From the NCBI GenBank assembly GCA_902574995.1, contig CACGPP010000006.1:16140-80139 (forward strand): 64,000 nt of DNA, in the 5' to 3' direction. Under the pieces are notes generated by a model. The model saw nothing but the letters and a program-made list of their open reading frames with translations. It had not been told where the DNA came from and did not search any database. A program made the translations under genes and the position numbers. Below, one piece after another: positions 19,951 through 29,801 of this stretch. Each line of letters opens with the position of its first letter. The stretch's first letter is position 1. Source of the DNA: an uncultured Alphaproteobacteria bacterium. GTDB taxonomy: Bacteria > Pseudomonadota > Alphaproteobacteria > HIMB59.

Positions 19951-21384
19951 ATGTCAAATAGGATCGTCTGGTTTAAGAAGAATCTAAGATACAAAGACAA
20001 TGAAATTCTTATTGATGAAAATAAAAGATCTATATTAATTTACATAATTGAACCTGAACTGTGGAAGCAAAAAGATATGTCTTTAAGGCAGTGGCAATTT
20101 ACATTAGAGAGTATAAATGAGCTTAAACAAAAATTACTCAGAAATAATTTACATTTAAATATCTTTTTTGGTGATGCATTAGAAATATTTAAGTTTTTAA
20201 AAGATAATCATAGCTTTTCAAGTGTGATTAGCGAACAAGAAACAGGTATTCAATGGACCTACCAAAGAGATAAAAAATTAAAAAAATTTTTTTTTCAAAA
20301 TAAAATTGATTGGATTGAGTGCTCTTACCCAGGCGTTAAAAGAGGACAACATGATAGAAACCTATGGGCTAAAAATTTTAGAAACGAGATTATTAAAAAT
20401 CCTAATTTTCCCATCATAAAACAATCAGTTAATTTAGAATTAACAAACCATGAATTACCAAAATTTTTTTATGATTCAACACCATGTCCATATAGGCAAA
20501 AGGGTGGATCTGTTGAAGCAGAAAAATTACTTCAGTCTTTTTTGAATAAAAGAGGTGAAAATTATCAATTTGAGATGTCTAGCCCAATAACTGCTGAAAA
20601 AAGCTGCTCAAGATTATCAACTCATTTAACCTACGGTACAATTTCACACCGCGCAGTTTTTCAAGAGGCTACAAAAAAAAGAGATCAAATAAAGCATACC
20701 AATAAAAATTTTGCTAAATCTATAAATTCATTTTTATCCAGGTTACATTGGAGATCGCATTTTATTCAAAAATTAGAGGATCAGCCATCAATTGAACATA
20801 CAAGCTTTATTCCTGTGTATGATCAAATACGTGAAAAAGATGAAGAGAAATTAGAGGCTTGGATTGAAGGTAAGACCGGTGTTTATTTTATCGATGCGTG
20901 TATGATTTATTTAAGAAATTATGGATGGATTAATTTTAGAATGAGAGCAATGTTAGCTTCATTTGCTTCTTATAATTTATGGCTTGATTGGAGATATTTT
21001 GCTCCACGCTTGGCAGCATTGTTTACAGACTTTGAACCTGGAATTCATTACAGTCAAATACAAATGCAGTCTGGGACAACTGGTATCAATACTATTAGGA
21101 TGTATAACCCTTATAAGCAAGCTATGGATCAAGATCCACTTGGCAAATTTATTAAGTCACAAATTCCTGAAGTAAAAAATTTTCCACCTGCTTTTTTTCA
21201 TAATCCCCCAAAAAAAAGTTCGAATGTAAATTTGTTCGATAATGAGTTTCAAAAAGAAATTATAAATGTTAAAGAAACCGCTCAGTATGCTAGAAAAAAA
21301 ATTTTTGATATTCGCAAATCACAAGAGCATAAAATACTTGCAAAAAATGTTTATTTTAAACATGGGAGTAGAGGAAGAAGCTAA
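19951..21384 (+). CDS. Photolyase/cryptochrome family protein
   Basis: VWFKKNLRYKDN, SRLSTHLTYG, GKTG..FIDACM, GWINFRMRAM, DFEPGIHYSQIQMQSG, RMYNP FAD-binding motifs. Confidence 0.9.
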   Translation: MSNRIVWFKKNLRYKDNEILIDENKRSILIYIIEPELWKQKDMSLRQWQFTLESINELKQKLLRNNLHLNIFFGDALEIFKFLKDNHSFSSVISEQETGIQWTYQRDKKLKKFFFQNKIDWIECSYPGVKRGQHDRNLWAKNFRNEIIKNPNFPIIKQSVNLELTNHELPKFFYDSTPCPYRQKGGSVEAEKLLQSFLNKRGENYQFEMSSPITAEKSCSRLSTHLTYGTISHRAVFQEATKKRDQIKHTNKNFAKSINSFLSRLHWRSHFIQKLEDQPSIEHTSFIPVYDQIREKDEEKLEAWIEGKTGVYFIDACMIYLRNYGWINFRMRAMLASFASYNLWLDWRYFAPRLAALFTDFEPGIHYSQIQMQSGTTGINTIRMYNPYKQAMDQDPLGKFIKSQIPEVKNFPPAFFHNPPKKSSNVNLFDNEFQKEIINVKETAQYARKKIFDIRKSQEHKILAKNVYFKHGSRGRS

Positions 21385-21385
21385 C

Positions 21386-22240
21386 TTAATCTATGTTTGG
21401 AAAACCCAAATAATTTTCATCACCTTCATAAATCTTTCCCTTATTCATAAAATCATGAATGTGGAAAGTCAAATTATTTTCATTTACAAAGATTATACCA
21501 TAACTAGGCTCTTCCATTTTAAAATTTTCAACATCACTATCAAAGTCTAACTCTCTTGCATGTAACAATCCCCTCAAGCTAGCGTAAGGTACGTTTATCC
21601 ATTTTCCACTTAATGGTCTATGACCATGGCCAAAAAATAAATATTTAATTTTAGATGAGTATTTGTCTAAGAATTTAGCAATAATTTCTTGATCTTTATC
21701 ATTAAAAGAATAGTTATCCATCGACTTCATGAAAACATTCATTGGGTTATGGTGCATAAAAATTATATTTGAATTCGACTTAAAAGATAAAATCTCTTTT
21801 TCAAGCCAATTAGTTCTTTTAAGACAGTAATAACCTTCGTGAATGTTACTAATATTTTTATTGTCCCACACAGTGTCACAAAATATTAATTTATGATTTT
21901 TGATTTCTATTGAGGATTGAATAAATCCATCATCATCAATTTTAATCACACTTGATAGTTCTGCTTTTACTACTTCACGATTGTCATGATTTCCAATCAT
22001 AATTACCGAAGGTAAGTCAAGTCTCTTCAATTCCTCTTTGAACAATTGATAGCTTTCTTTAATGCCGTTATGGGCAATGTCTCCTGTTATTACAACTAAA
22101 TCAGCATTTCTGTGGTTTTTATTAACATCATTTACAAAAGCCCTAAATCTATTAACCGGATTCGCGCCATACATTGTCTCACCGTCTTTTAAAAAATGCA
22201 GGTCACTGACTTGAATAATTTTTAAATTATTATCATTCAT
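21386..22240 (-). CDS. Calcineurin-like metallophosphodiesterase (CpdA/GpdQ-like)
   Basis: SDLH, TGDI, GNHD, FMHH and GHGH motifs. Confidence 0.85.
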   Translation of the reverse strand: MNDNNLKIIQVSDLHFLKDGETMYGANPVNRFRAFVNDVNKNHRNADLVVITGDIAHNGIKESYQLFKEELKRLDLPSVIMIGNHDNREVVKAELSSVIKIDDDGFIQSSIEIKNHKLIFCDTVWDNKNISNIHEGYYCLKRTNWLEKEILSFKSNSNIIFMHHNPMNVFMKSMDNYSFNDKDQEIIAKFLDKYSSKIKYLFFGHGHRPLSGKWINVPYASLRGLLHARELDFDSDVENFKMEEPSYGIIFVNENNLTFHIHDFMNKGKIYEGDENYLGFPNID

Positions 22241-22329
22241 TTCTAGATGGCTTTACTATTCATAATTTCATATTAACATAAAATAAAATCTTTATATTTA
22301 GATTAAATTAATAATTAATTTTTTATTAG

Positions 22330-23994
22330 ATGAGCAATTTTGAAAACCCTGATTATATAGTAATTGGCTCAGGATCAGCTGGGTCTGCAATTGCATACAG
22401 GCTTGGGGAAAACCCTAAATTAAAAATTCTGGTGTTAGAATTCGGAGGAAATGACAACAGTCCTTTTATACAAATGCCTGCAGCTCTCTCATACCCAATG
22501 AATATGAGTAAATTCGATTGGGGCTACAATGCAGAACCAGAACCTACTTTAAATGGTAGGTCTCTTGTTTGCCCAAGAGGAAAGGTTATAGGAGGATCTT
22601 CATCAATTAATGGAATGATTTATGTTAGAGGAAACGCTGGTGACTATAATGAGTGGGCTGAAAGTGGGGCAAAAGGTTGGGATTATCCCGATGTCCTTCC
22701 ATATTTTCAAAGAATGGAAGCAAGCCATGGAGGCAATTCAGAGTTTAGAGGAAAATCAGGTCCTTTAAACATAACTCATGGCAAAAGAGATAATCCATTA
22801 CACAATGCTTTTGTGAAAGCTACCGAGCAGGCGGGATACACCTACACTGATGACTACAATGGCTTTCGACAGGAGGGTTTTGGACCAGCTGATATGACTG
22901 TTTGGAAAGGCTCTCGTTTTTCAACAGCAAAAGCTTATTTAAAGCCTGCATTAGCGAAAAAAAATGTACAACTCATAACAAAGGCTCTAGTCGATAAAAT
23001 AATTTTTCATGAAGACAAAGCTAAGGGAGTTGAAGTATTCCATCGGGGCCAAAAAAAAACCTTTATTGCAAATATTGGTGTTGTTTTATCAGCTGGCGCT
23101 ATCAATAGTCCAACAATTCTTCAAAGATCGGGTATTGGAGAGGGCAATGATTTAAATAGTTTGGGGATCAAGGTTATTAAAAACTTACCAGGTGTTGGTC
23201 AAAACCTACAAGATCATTTAGAAGTTTATTTTCAGGTTAAATGTTTACAACCAGTAACACTTAATAAATATTTAAATCCTTTTTCTAAATTGCTTATCGG
23301 CATGCAATGGATGTTTCTTAAAAGTGGGCCAGGTGCAACAAACCAATTTGAAACTCTTGGATTCATTCGCTCTGATAAAAACATACTATATCCTGATATA
23401 CAATTTCATTTTCTTCCAGTCGCAATTAGATATGACGGAAAGGCGCCTAATGCAGGTCACGGTTTTCAATTGCATGTAGGGCCAATGCGTTCAAAATCTA
23501 GAGGTTTTGTAAAATTAAAATCTAGCAACCCATTTGACTCACCAACGATAAAATTCAATTACATGTCTCATGAAGATGATTTTCCAAACTTTAGAAAATC
23601 ACTTAGACTTAGTAGAGAGATATTGAGCCAAGAGGCCCTAGTTCCTTTTAAAGGAGATGAAATTCAACCTGGCGATGACGTTGTTTCGGACGAAGGTCTC
23701 GACGAATTTATAAAAAATAATTGTGAAAGTGCCTATCATCCATGTGGTACCTGCAAGATTGGAAAAGAAGATGACCCTTCTTCTGTCGTTCTAAACGATT
23801 GTAAAGTAAAGGGTTTTTCAAATCTATACCTTGCAGACTCATCAATTTTTCCTCAAATATGTAATGGCAATCTTAATGCACCATCGATAATGACTGGTGA
23901 GAAAGCCTCAGATCATATCTTGGGAAAACCTCTTTTAGCACCATCAAATCTACAACCTTATACCCATCCAAATTGGCAAAATTCACAAAGATAA
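22330..23994 (+). CDS. betA: Choline dehydrogenase
   Basis: GMC oxidoreductase: GSGSAG, IQMPAALSYPMN, GGSSSINGMIYVRG, NLQDHLEVY, AYHPCGTC, GNLNAPSIM. Confidence 0.92.
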   Translation: MSNFENPDYIVIGSGSAGSAIAYRLGENPKLKILVLEFGGNDNSPFIQMPAALSYPMNMSKFDWGYNAEPEPTLNGRSLVCPRGKVIGGSSSINGMIYVRGNAGDYNEWAESGAKGWDYPDVLPYFQRMEASHGGNSEFRGKSGPLNITHGKRDNPLHNAFVKATEQAGYTYTDDYNGFRQEGFGPADMTVWKGSRFSTAKAYLKPALAKKNVQLITKALVDKIIFHEDKAKGVEVFHRGQKKTFIANIGVVLSAGAINSPTILQRSGIGEGNDLNSLGIKVIKNLPGVGQNLQDHLEVYFQVKCLQPVTLNKYLNPFSKLLIGMQWMFLKSGPGATNQFETLGFIRSDKNILYPDIQFHFLPVAIRYDGKAPNAGHGFQLHVGPMRSKSRGFVKLKSSNPFDSPTIKFNYMSHEDDFPNFRKSLRLSREILSQEALVPFKGDEIQPGDDVVSDEGLDEFIKNNCESAYHPCGTCKIGKEDDPSSVVLNDCKVKGFSNLYLADSSIFPQICNGNLNAPSIMTGEKASDHILGKPLLAPSNLQPYTHPNWQNSQR

Positions 23995-24533
23995 AATTAA
24001 TAATCAGGTTAGTGCTTTTGTTTCTGATACTCCCATTAGCAGCATATTCTGATAAACATATTCCATACTATAATTCTCTTGCTCATGATGAGTCTTGGTT
24101 ACGCCACTATCCAGAAAAGCAAGATTTGAAAAAACAAACAGAGAAGTTTCTCCTTACAGAAAAAAATATGCCTGTAAAGGTTATTGAAGAGTTCAGAAAT
24201 AGTTGGAGTTCTTATACAGATTGGTACCGCATTGAATTATTTAATGGAATACAAGGTTGGATTGCTCACAATCAGTTATCTAAAAAAAGAACTTTGCTGA
24301 TACTAGAGGATATTGAACTCTATGCATTGAAATCTTATGACCCTGAGTCTTGGATGACTATTCAAAAAGGAGTAATACTAGCACCAAAAATAGTAAACTT
24401 GTTAGAGGTAAAAGAAAAAATGGTGAAAATAAGTATAACTGAGAGCAATAAATCCTCTGTCAAAGGATGGATACCTATAGATGATAGATTATGGGGAGTA
24501 TCTGATAAAGAAACGCAAATTTTAAATGATTAA
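23973..24533 (+). CDS. Exported bacterial SH3-domain protein (start uncertain)
   Basis: Signal peptide; PVKVIEEF..WYRIE...GWI and a second GWI repeat typical of tandem bacterial SH3 domains. Confidence 0.6.
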   Translation: MAKFTKIKLIIRLVLLFLILPLAAYSDKHIPYYNSLAHDESWLRHYPEKQDLKKQTEKFLLTEKNMPVKVIEEFRNSWSSYTDWYRIELFNGIQGWIAHNQLSKKRTLLILEDIELYALKSYDPESWMTIQKGVILAPKIVNLLEVKEKMVKISITESNKSSVKGWIPIDDRLWGVSDKETQILND

Positions 24534-25080
24534 ATACTTACTATTTATATTACTCGTGGTACAAGATTTGATGGCTTATAGCGAATCGCCTTATAAAGTA
24601 GTTCATCAAACAGATAAGTATGAAATCAGATTTTATAAGGAGCGTCTAGTAGTCCAAACCCAATACACAAATCAAAATAATGGATTTCGAAAGCTCTTTA
24701 ATTATATTTCTGGCAACAATAAACAAAGTGAAAAAATTTCAATGACCACACCTGTGAATGTTACTCAAATTGAAAATGAGTACGTCATGCAATTTTACTT
24801 ACCGGATAAATACAAACCGAATGAAATACCTTTGCCATTAGATAATTCAGTAAAAATTTCTTCAATTGAGCCAGGTTATTTTGCAGTAATTAGATATTCT
24901 GGTTTTGCTTCCGATAAAAATTTTTATAAACATCGAGATGTTTTAAAAAGTGAGTTAAATACTGATAATATTGAAGTTATTGGACCTGCTATTAAAGCTA
25001 CTTATGATGGCCCTTTTACATTGCCTAATCTTCGAAGAAATGAGGCAATCTATCAAGTTGATTGGAAGAATCCTCTTTAA
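24526..25080 (+). CDS. SOUL heme-binding family protein
   Basis: YEIRFY, GFRKLFNYISGNN, ISMTTPV, MQFYLP, RRNEA. Confidence 0.88.
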   Translation: MIKYLLFILLVVQDLMAYSESPYKVVHQTDKYEIRFYKERLVVQTQYTNQNNGFRKLFNYISGNNKQSEKISMTTPVNVTQIENEYVMQFYLPDKYKPNEIPLPLDNSVKISSIEPGYFAVIRYSGFASDKNFYKHRDVLKSELNTDNIEVIGPAIKATYDGPFTLPNLRRNEAIYQVDWKNPL

Positions 25081-25290
25081 CTCACAAACACCAACTAATC
25101 AATTAAAGACATAGCCAAGCTTTTTAAATTATTTTAGTAATATTATTTAATGATTTTTTGCCAATATGACTGATTTTATTGGCCAATCTTGGATATTCAC
25201 TAGTTGCATAGTTTCATTAACTTCTTAGCATTATTTTTTTTTTGATTCAGTATTTATAAGTTTCACAACTCAAAAATTAGAGAGGTATTT

Positions 25291-25632
25291 ATGAAACTAA
25301 TAACAGCAATTATCAAGCCCGATAAAGTTGAAGCTTTGAGACAAGCACTTACAGGTGTGGACATCCAAGGTTTAACTATTGTTGAGGCTAAAGGATATGG
25401 GCGCCAGAAGGGTCATACCGAACTGTACCGAGGCGCAGAATATGAGGTACATTTTCTTCCTAAATCTCGAGCAGAGGTTTTAGTAGATTCTGCAGACGTC
25501 GAAAAAGTCATCACAACAATTTCTGAAGCAGTAAAATCAGGAAAAATTGGAGATGGCAAAATTTTTGTAACTGAAGTGCAAGAAGTTGTCCGAATACGTA
25601 CAGGAGAACGAGGCGCTGAGGCAATTAAATAA
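25291..25632 (+). CDS. glnK: Nitrogen regulatory protein P-II
   Basis: KGYGRQKGHTELYRGAEY T-loop, GKIGDGKIFV; directly upstream of amtB. Confidence 0.95.
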   Translation: MKLITAIIKPDKVEALRQALTGVDIQGLTIVEAKGYGRQKGHTELYRGAEYEVHFLPKSRAEVLVDSADVEKVITTISEAVKSGKIGDGKIFVTEVQEVVRIRTGERGAEAIK

Positions 25633-25641
25633 GGAGATCAA

Positions 25642-26922
25642 ATGAAAAAAATATTAACTTTCTTAATCCCTACTTTGCTTTTCTCTGGAGTTGCAAGTGC
25701 GGAAGTATCTGCTGAAACAGCTTTTGTATTTAATACATTTTTATTTGTTTTTAGTGGAGTCTTAGTGATGTTCATGGCTTTAGGTTTTGCCATGTTAGAA
25801 GCTGGATTTGTTCGTAAAAAAAACACATCAGCAATTTTATTAAAAAATATAGCTTTATACTCAATTGCAGGAATCATGTTTTATCTAATCGGTTACAGTT
25901 TAATGTATGTAGATGTTTCAGGTTGGATTGGTTCATTAGGTGGTGCTTTTTACGATACTGCTGATGATTTAACTGCTGCAACTGAAGAGGGTGGTTACTC
26001 TTTAGCATCAGATTGGTTCTTCCAAATGGTGTTCTGTGCTACTGCAATTTCAATAGTATCTGGTGCATGTGCTGAAAGAATTAAAGTATGGCCATTCATG
26101 ATATTTGCAGCATTTATGACAGGAATTATTTACCCAATCTATGGTTCTTGGACTTGGGGTGGTGGATGGCTCACAGAAATGGGCTTTTCTGATTTTGCTG
26201 GATCTACTATTGTTCACTCAGTCGGCGGATGGGCAGCTTTAACTGGCTGTTTAATTCTTGGTCCTAGAGCTGGAAAATATGGTGCAGATGGAAAGATCTC
26301 TCCAATCGCTGGTGCGAACATGCCTTTAGCATGTCTTGGTACCTTCATCCTTTGGTTTGGATGGTTTGGATTTAACGGTGGATCTCAATTAGCACTTGGT
26401 AGCGCCGCTGATGCTTCTGCAATGTCAATTGTTGTTGTAAACACAAATATTGCTGCATGTGGTGGTGTTGTGGCTGCAATTATTTTATCACAGCTATTGT
26501 ATAAAAAAATTGATCTATCTATTGCATTGAACGGTGCTATTGCAGGTCTTGTTGCCATTACGGCAGGTCCAGATTTAAGCAATCACTTCTTATCTATGAT
26601 TGTTGGTGCAATAGGTGGTATTCTTTGTACTATCGCTATCCCAATGCTCGACAAAATGAAAATCGATGATGTTGTCGGTGCAATATCAGCACACTTAGTT
26701 GCAGGTATTTGGGGAACATTGGCCGTAGGTATTTTTGGTAGCGGCGATTTCCTTGTGCAATTAATAGGAATTGTTGCTGCAGCTGTCTTAGTTGTACCTT
26801 TAAGTGGCGTATTCTTTTATATTCTAAAAGGAACTGTAGGCTTAAGAGTATCAGAAGAGACCGAAGCATCTGGTTTAGATAGTGCTGAATTAACAACAGT
26901 CGCTTACCCAGAATTTAAATAA
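25642..26922 (+). CDS. amtB: Ammonium transporter
   Basis: FFQMVF, DFAGSTIVHSVGG, GWFGFNGGS, DDVVGAISAH. Confidence 0.96.
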   Translation: MKKILTFLIPTLLFSGVASAEVSAETAFVFNTFLFVFSGVLVMFMALGFAMLEAGFVRKKNTSAILLKNIALYSIAGIMFYLIGYSLMYVDVSGWIGSLGGAFYDTADDLTAATEEGGYSLASDWFFQMVFCATAISIVSGACAERIKVWPFMIFAAFMTGIIYPIYGSWTWGGGWLTEMGFSDFAGSTIVHSVGGWAALTGCLILGPRAGKYGADGKISPIAGANMPLACLGTFILWFGWFGFNGGSQLALGSAADASAMSIVVVNTNIAACGGVVAAIILSQLLYKKIDLSIALNGAIAGLVAITAGPDLSNHFLSMIVGAIGGILCTIAIPMLDKMKIDDVVGAISAHLVAGIWGTLAVGIFGSGDFLVQLIGIVAAAVLVVPLSGVFFYILKGTVGLRVSEETEASGLDSAELTTVAYPEFK

Positions 26923-26941
26923 TCTTATTTATAGTACTCCT

Positions 26942-26971
26942 AAAAAAGGGGCACATTATGTGCCCCTTTTT
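26942..26971. terminator. Bidirectional rho-independent terminator between amtB and the peroxidase gene
   Basis: AAAAAGGGGCACAT-T-ATGTGCCCCTTTTT. Confidence 0.9.
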
Positions 26972-27496
26972 CTATATTAACTCATCAATTAAACTTGTAA
27001 TTTTCGAACTGTCAGGTTTGGTCATAGATGACCAACTTTTAACTAATTGACCCTCTCCATCAAAAAGATACTTATAAAAATTCCATTTCGGAGTTTCGTT
27101 ATACTCTGATGTCATCCAACTGTATATCGGATGGGCATTTTCACCAACAACACTAATAATTTCTGATATAATAAATTTAGTTTCATAATTAACTAAACAA
27201 AATTCTTTAACTTCCTCATTATTACTCAACTCTTGATGAAAACTATTAGAAGGAGTTCCAATAATTACTAAATTCTTTTTAAAATACTCACGATGAAGAT
27301 TGGATAGATTAGCGTATTGTTTTGTGAAACCACATCTACTAGCCGTATTAACAAGAAGAATGGGTTTACCTTTAAATTTATCAAGATTAACTATATTTCC
27401 ATCAATATCTTGAATACTAAAGTTATATAAGTTTTTCGCCATAATGCTCCCTATGCTTGTGAGTAAAATACTCAAAGTTATCAAGAAAATTCTCAT
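26972..27496 (-). CDS. Glutathione peroxidase family protein (Cys form)
   Basis: NTASRCGFTKQY, PSNSF.QE, PKWNFYKYL. Confidence 0.9.
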   Translation of the reverse strand: MRIFLITLSILLTSIGSIMAKNLYNFSIQDIDGNIVNLDKFKGKPILLVNTASRCGFTKQYANLSNLHREYFKKNLVIIGTPSNSFHQELSNNEEVKEFCLVNYETKFIISEIISVVGENAHPIYSWMTSEYNETPKWNFYKYLFDGEGQLVKSWSSMTKPDSSKITSLIDELI

Positions 27497-27536
27497 GACA
27501 ATATATACTTACTTTAAGTTATCTGGATTTATAGAT

Positions 27537-28142
27537 TTAAACTTTTGGTAAACCTAAAACTTCATTTTTTTTGATGTATTCGTCTTTGTAGGGAGGCCTA
27601 CTAAATACCTCTTTAATCATTGGTTTAAAAAAATCTAGATCTTTATTTTCATATTCGGGATCAAAAGATTTTTGATCCCATCTTTCACAGAAATCTGCAC
27701 AAGTTTTGAAATAAATATTATCTTTAAATTTATCCCTAGCATTTTTATCCCATCCATAATGATGAGCATAGTAGATCATTTGAAAAATTCCATGATGCTC
27801 AATCACCCATGTTATTTCATCTCTTACATAAGGTCTTATAACTTCAGCAGAAAACCTATCGTGATTTTGAGGGGCAAGTCCATCTCCAATATCATGAAGT
27901 AAGGCACCAACAATCCAATCAATGTCAGCTCCATCATTATACGCTCTAGTAGCTGATTGGAGACCATGATCTAATCTTGTTATCTTGTAACCCTCCATAG
28001 TATTTTTTCCTTGTCTTGTAAGCTCTTCAATTATTCTTTCATATGTCAAAGAAACATACTTTTCCTCATATTTTTGGAGCAATAGATAATCTTCTTTATC
28101 TCCATCTTTCATATGTTTAAATTTTACATTTTTCTCAGTCAT
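27537..28142 (-). CDS. HD-domain protein, PhnZ/TmpB/MIOX-like di-iron oxygenase family
   Basis: HGLQSATRA, LLHDIGD, NH, HH and WD metal-ligand pattern; ATGA overlap with the upstream dioxygenase gene. Confidence 0.75.
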   Translation of the reverse strand: MTEKNVKFKHMKDGDKEDYLLLQKYEEKYVSLTYERIIEELTRQGKNTMEGYKITRLDHGLQSATRAYNDGADIDWIVGALLHDIGDGLAPQNHDRFSAEVIRPYVRDEITWVIEHHGIFQMIYYAHHYGWDKNARDKFKDNIYFKTCADFCERWDQKSFDPEYENKDLDFFKPMIKEVFSRPPYKDEYIKKNEVLGLPKV

Positions 28143-29263
28143 AAATTTGTCTCACTTAGATGATATTTTTCATGTAAATGTCTCAATTTTCCGTCAGTTG
28201 AATCAAATTCTAGATAACAACCTTGCAAATGTCTAGCTCCCTCACTCGAGTTATAAGAGGTTCTTCCATGAAGAAGTCTATGGTTGTCAAACATCATGAC
28301 ATCTCCTGGTAAGAGCTTAAATTTTATCTCGAAGTCAGTTGAAGTGTATAAGTCTCCTAATAATTTTCTCGCTTTGTAAAAACTCTCTAGTTTTTCATTT
28401 TCTAAAGGTGGCACGTAATCAACTCTAGTACTATACCTGACTTGCTTATAGTCCCCATCCTTGTCTAATTCAATTAACTCTCCCCAATTTTCTAAAATTA
28501 TATCTTTATCTTGAAATCGGTAACGTAAATTTGTTTTGGTTAAACACTCAAATGCTTCTGGCTCATTTAATTTAATATATTCTGCAACTGAAAAACCATC
28601 AACAAGTGTAGAAAAACCACCACTTACTTCGTTTTTTAGACAGTGCAAGAACTGTATCCCAGGTGCTTCTGGTTTTCTGTAAGGGTTATCAGTATGAGGC
28701 GGTAATGCAATAGGTTTATAGGCTAAGTCATTTGGATTTGGTTTAGACATTACATCAAAAAATTCTCCAAAATTTGTGACCTTAACTGGGCCTATTGAAT
28801 TTACAAATTTTAATAAATACTTACTTTCAGTTGGTACATTTTTAATAATAACAAATCCATATTTATAAAAATCCATAAGAAGATTATACATAGACTCTTT
28901 TTCAACCATATCTACTTCAAAAATAGCCTGAGGTATAACTTCTAGTTGAGAATTCCATAAAATTCTTTTTGGTAAGGGTCCTCTTTTATTTTTTTCTTCA
29001 TCCATTTCAATCAAAAGATCATTTAAACGATATTGACCTTTTGCTCCATCACTAAATTCAACATCAAGTTTGAGATCTGATAATTTGCAACTTATAATTT
29101 TTAATTTTAGGTCAATAGAGGATGGCTCATATAATCTTTGATTTGTATCTAAATCAAAATACTTTTCACCCGGTAGTCTCTCTCTTAACCAAATGGGATG
29201 CAAATGAAATGTCTTATTTTGATGAATTATCTTAATAGTATTGTTTTCAAAATGAAAATCCAT
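28139..29263 (-). CDS. Gamma-butyrobetaine hydroxylase-like Fe(II)/2OG dioxygenase
   Basis: N-terminal WLR..QRL domain, HTDNPY (HxD), DGF, DNHRLLHGR, RHLQGCY. Confidence 0.85.
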   Translation of the reverse strand: MDFHFENNTIKIIHQNKTFHLHPIWLRERLPGEKYFDLDTNQRLYEPSSIDLKLKIISCKLSDLKLDVEFSDGAKGQYRLNDLLIEMDEEKNKRGPLPKRILWNSQLEVIPQAIFEVDMVEKESMYNLLMDFYKYGFVIIKNVPTESKYLLKFVNSIGPVKVTNFGEFFDVMSKPNPNDLAYKPIALPPHTDNPYRKPEAPGIQFLHCLKNEVSGGFSTLVDGFSVAEYIKLNEPEAFECLTKTNLRYRFQDKDIILENWGELIELDKDGDYKQVRYSTRVDYVPPLENEKLESFYKARKLLGDLYTSTDFEIKFKLLPGDVMMFDNHRLLHGRTSYNSSEGARHLQGCYLEFDSTDGKLRHLHEKYHLSETNL

Positions 29264-29328
29264 AATTCAAGCCCCAAGTATTAATAATTAAATATTTTGC
29301 TAAATTTAATTAATTGTCAATTAAGAAA

Positions 29329-29790
29329 TTAACTCTTGATTTTAAATATTGCCTCAATCTCTACCGTAAAACCTAGAGGTAAAGAATTAACTCCTACTGC
29401 AGCTCGAGCATGAATACCAGTCTCGCCAAAAATATCTTTCATCATATTTGAGCAACCATTGATTACTAAAGGTTGCTGTGTGAAGCTCTCAATACAATTT
29501 ACAAAACCTGTCAATTTTATTAATTGGTCTACTCTATTAATTGATCCCATTTCATTTTTTAAAGCAGATAATATAGCTAATCCACATAGCCTAGCGTGAT
29601 TTTGAGCAGTCTCTAAATCAACATCAGCCCCAACTTTTCCTTTTGCAAAAGAACCATCCTCAAGTAATGGACCTTGACCAGATATATATGCAATATTATC
29701 AACAATAACGCAGGGTTTATAACTCCCAGCAGGTTTGGCAGGTTTTGGTATTAAAAGACCTAATTCAGCTATCTTGGCTTCGAAATCCAT
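29329..29790 (-). CDS. Rid/YjgF family protein
   Basis: YISGQGP, NGCS, HARAAVGVNSLP, VEIE. Confidence 0.85.
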   Translation of the reverse strand: MDFEAKIAELGLLIPKPAKPAGSYKPCVIVDNIAYISGQGPLLEDGSFAKGKVGADVDLETAQNHARLCGLAILSALKNEMGSINRVDQLIKLTGFVNCIESFTQQPLVINGCSNMMKDIFGETGIHARAAVGVNSLPLGFTVEIEAIFKIKS

Positions 29791-29801
29791 CAATTAAAAA
29801 A

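Noticed and set aside
26972-27496. Possible selenoproteins (GPx here, also MsrB and SelD) given the presence of selD
   Set aside because: All have Cys codons at the catalytic positions; no in-frame TGA was seen.
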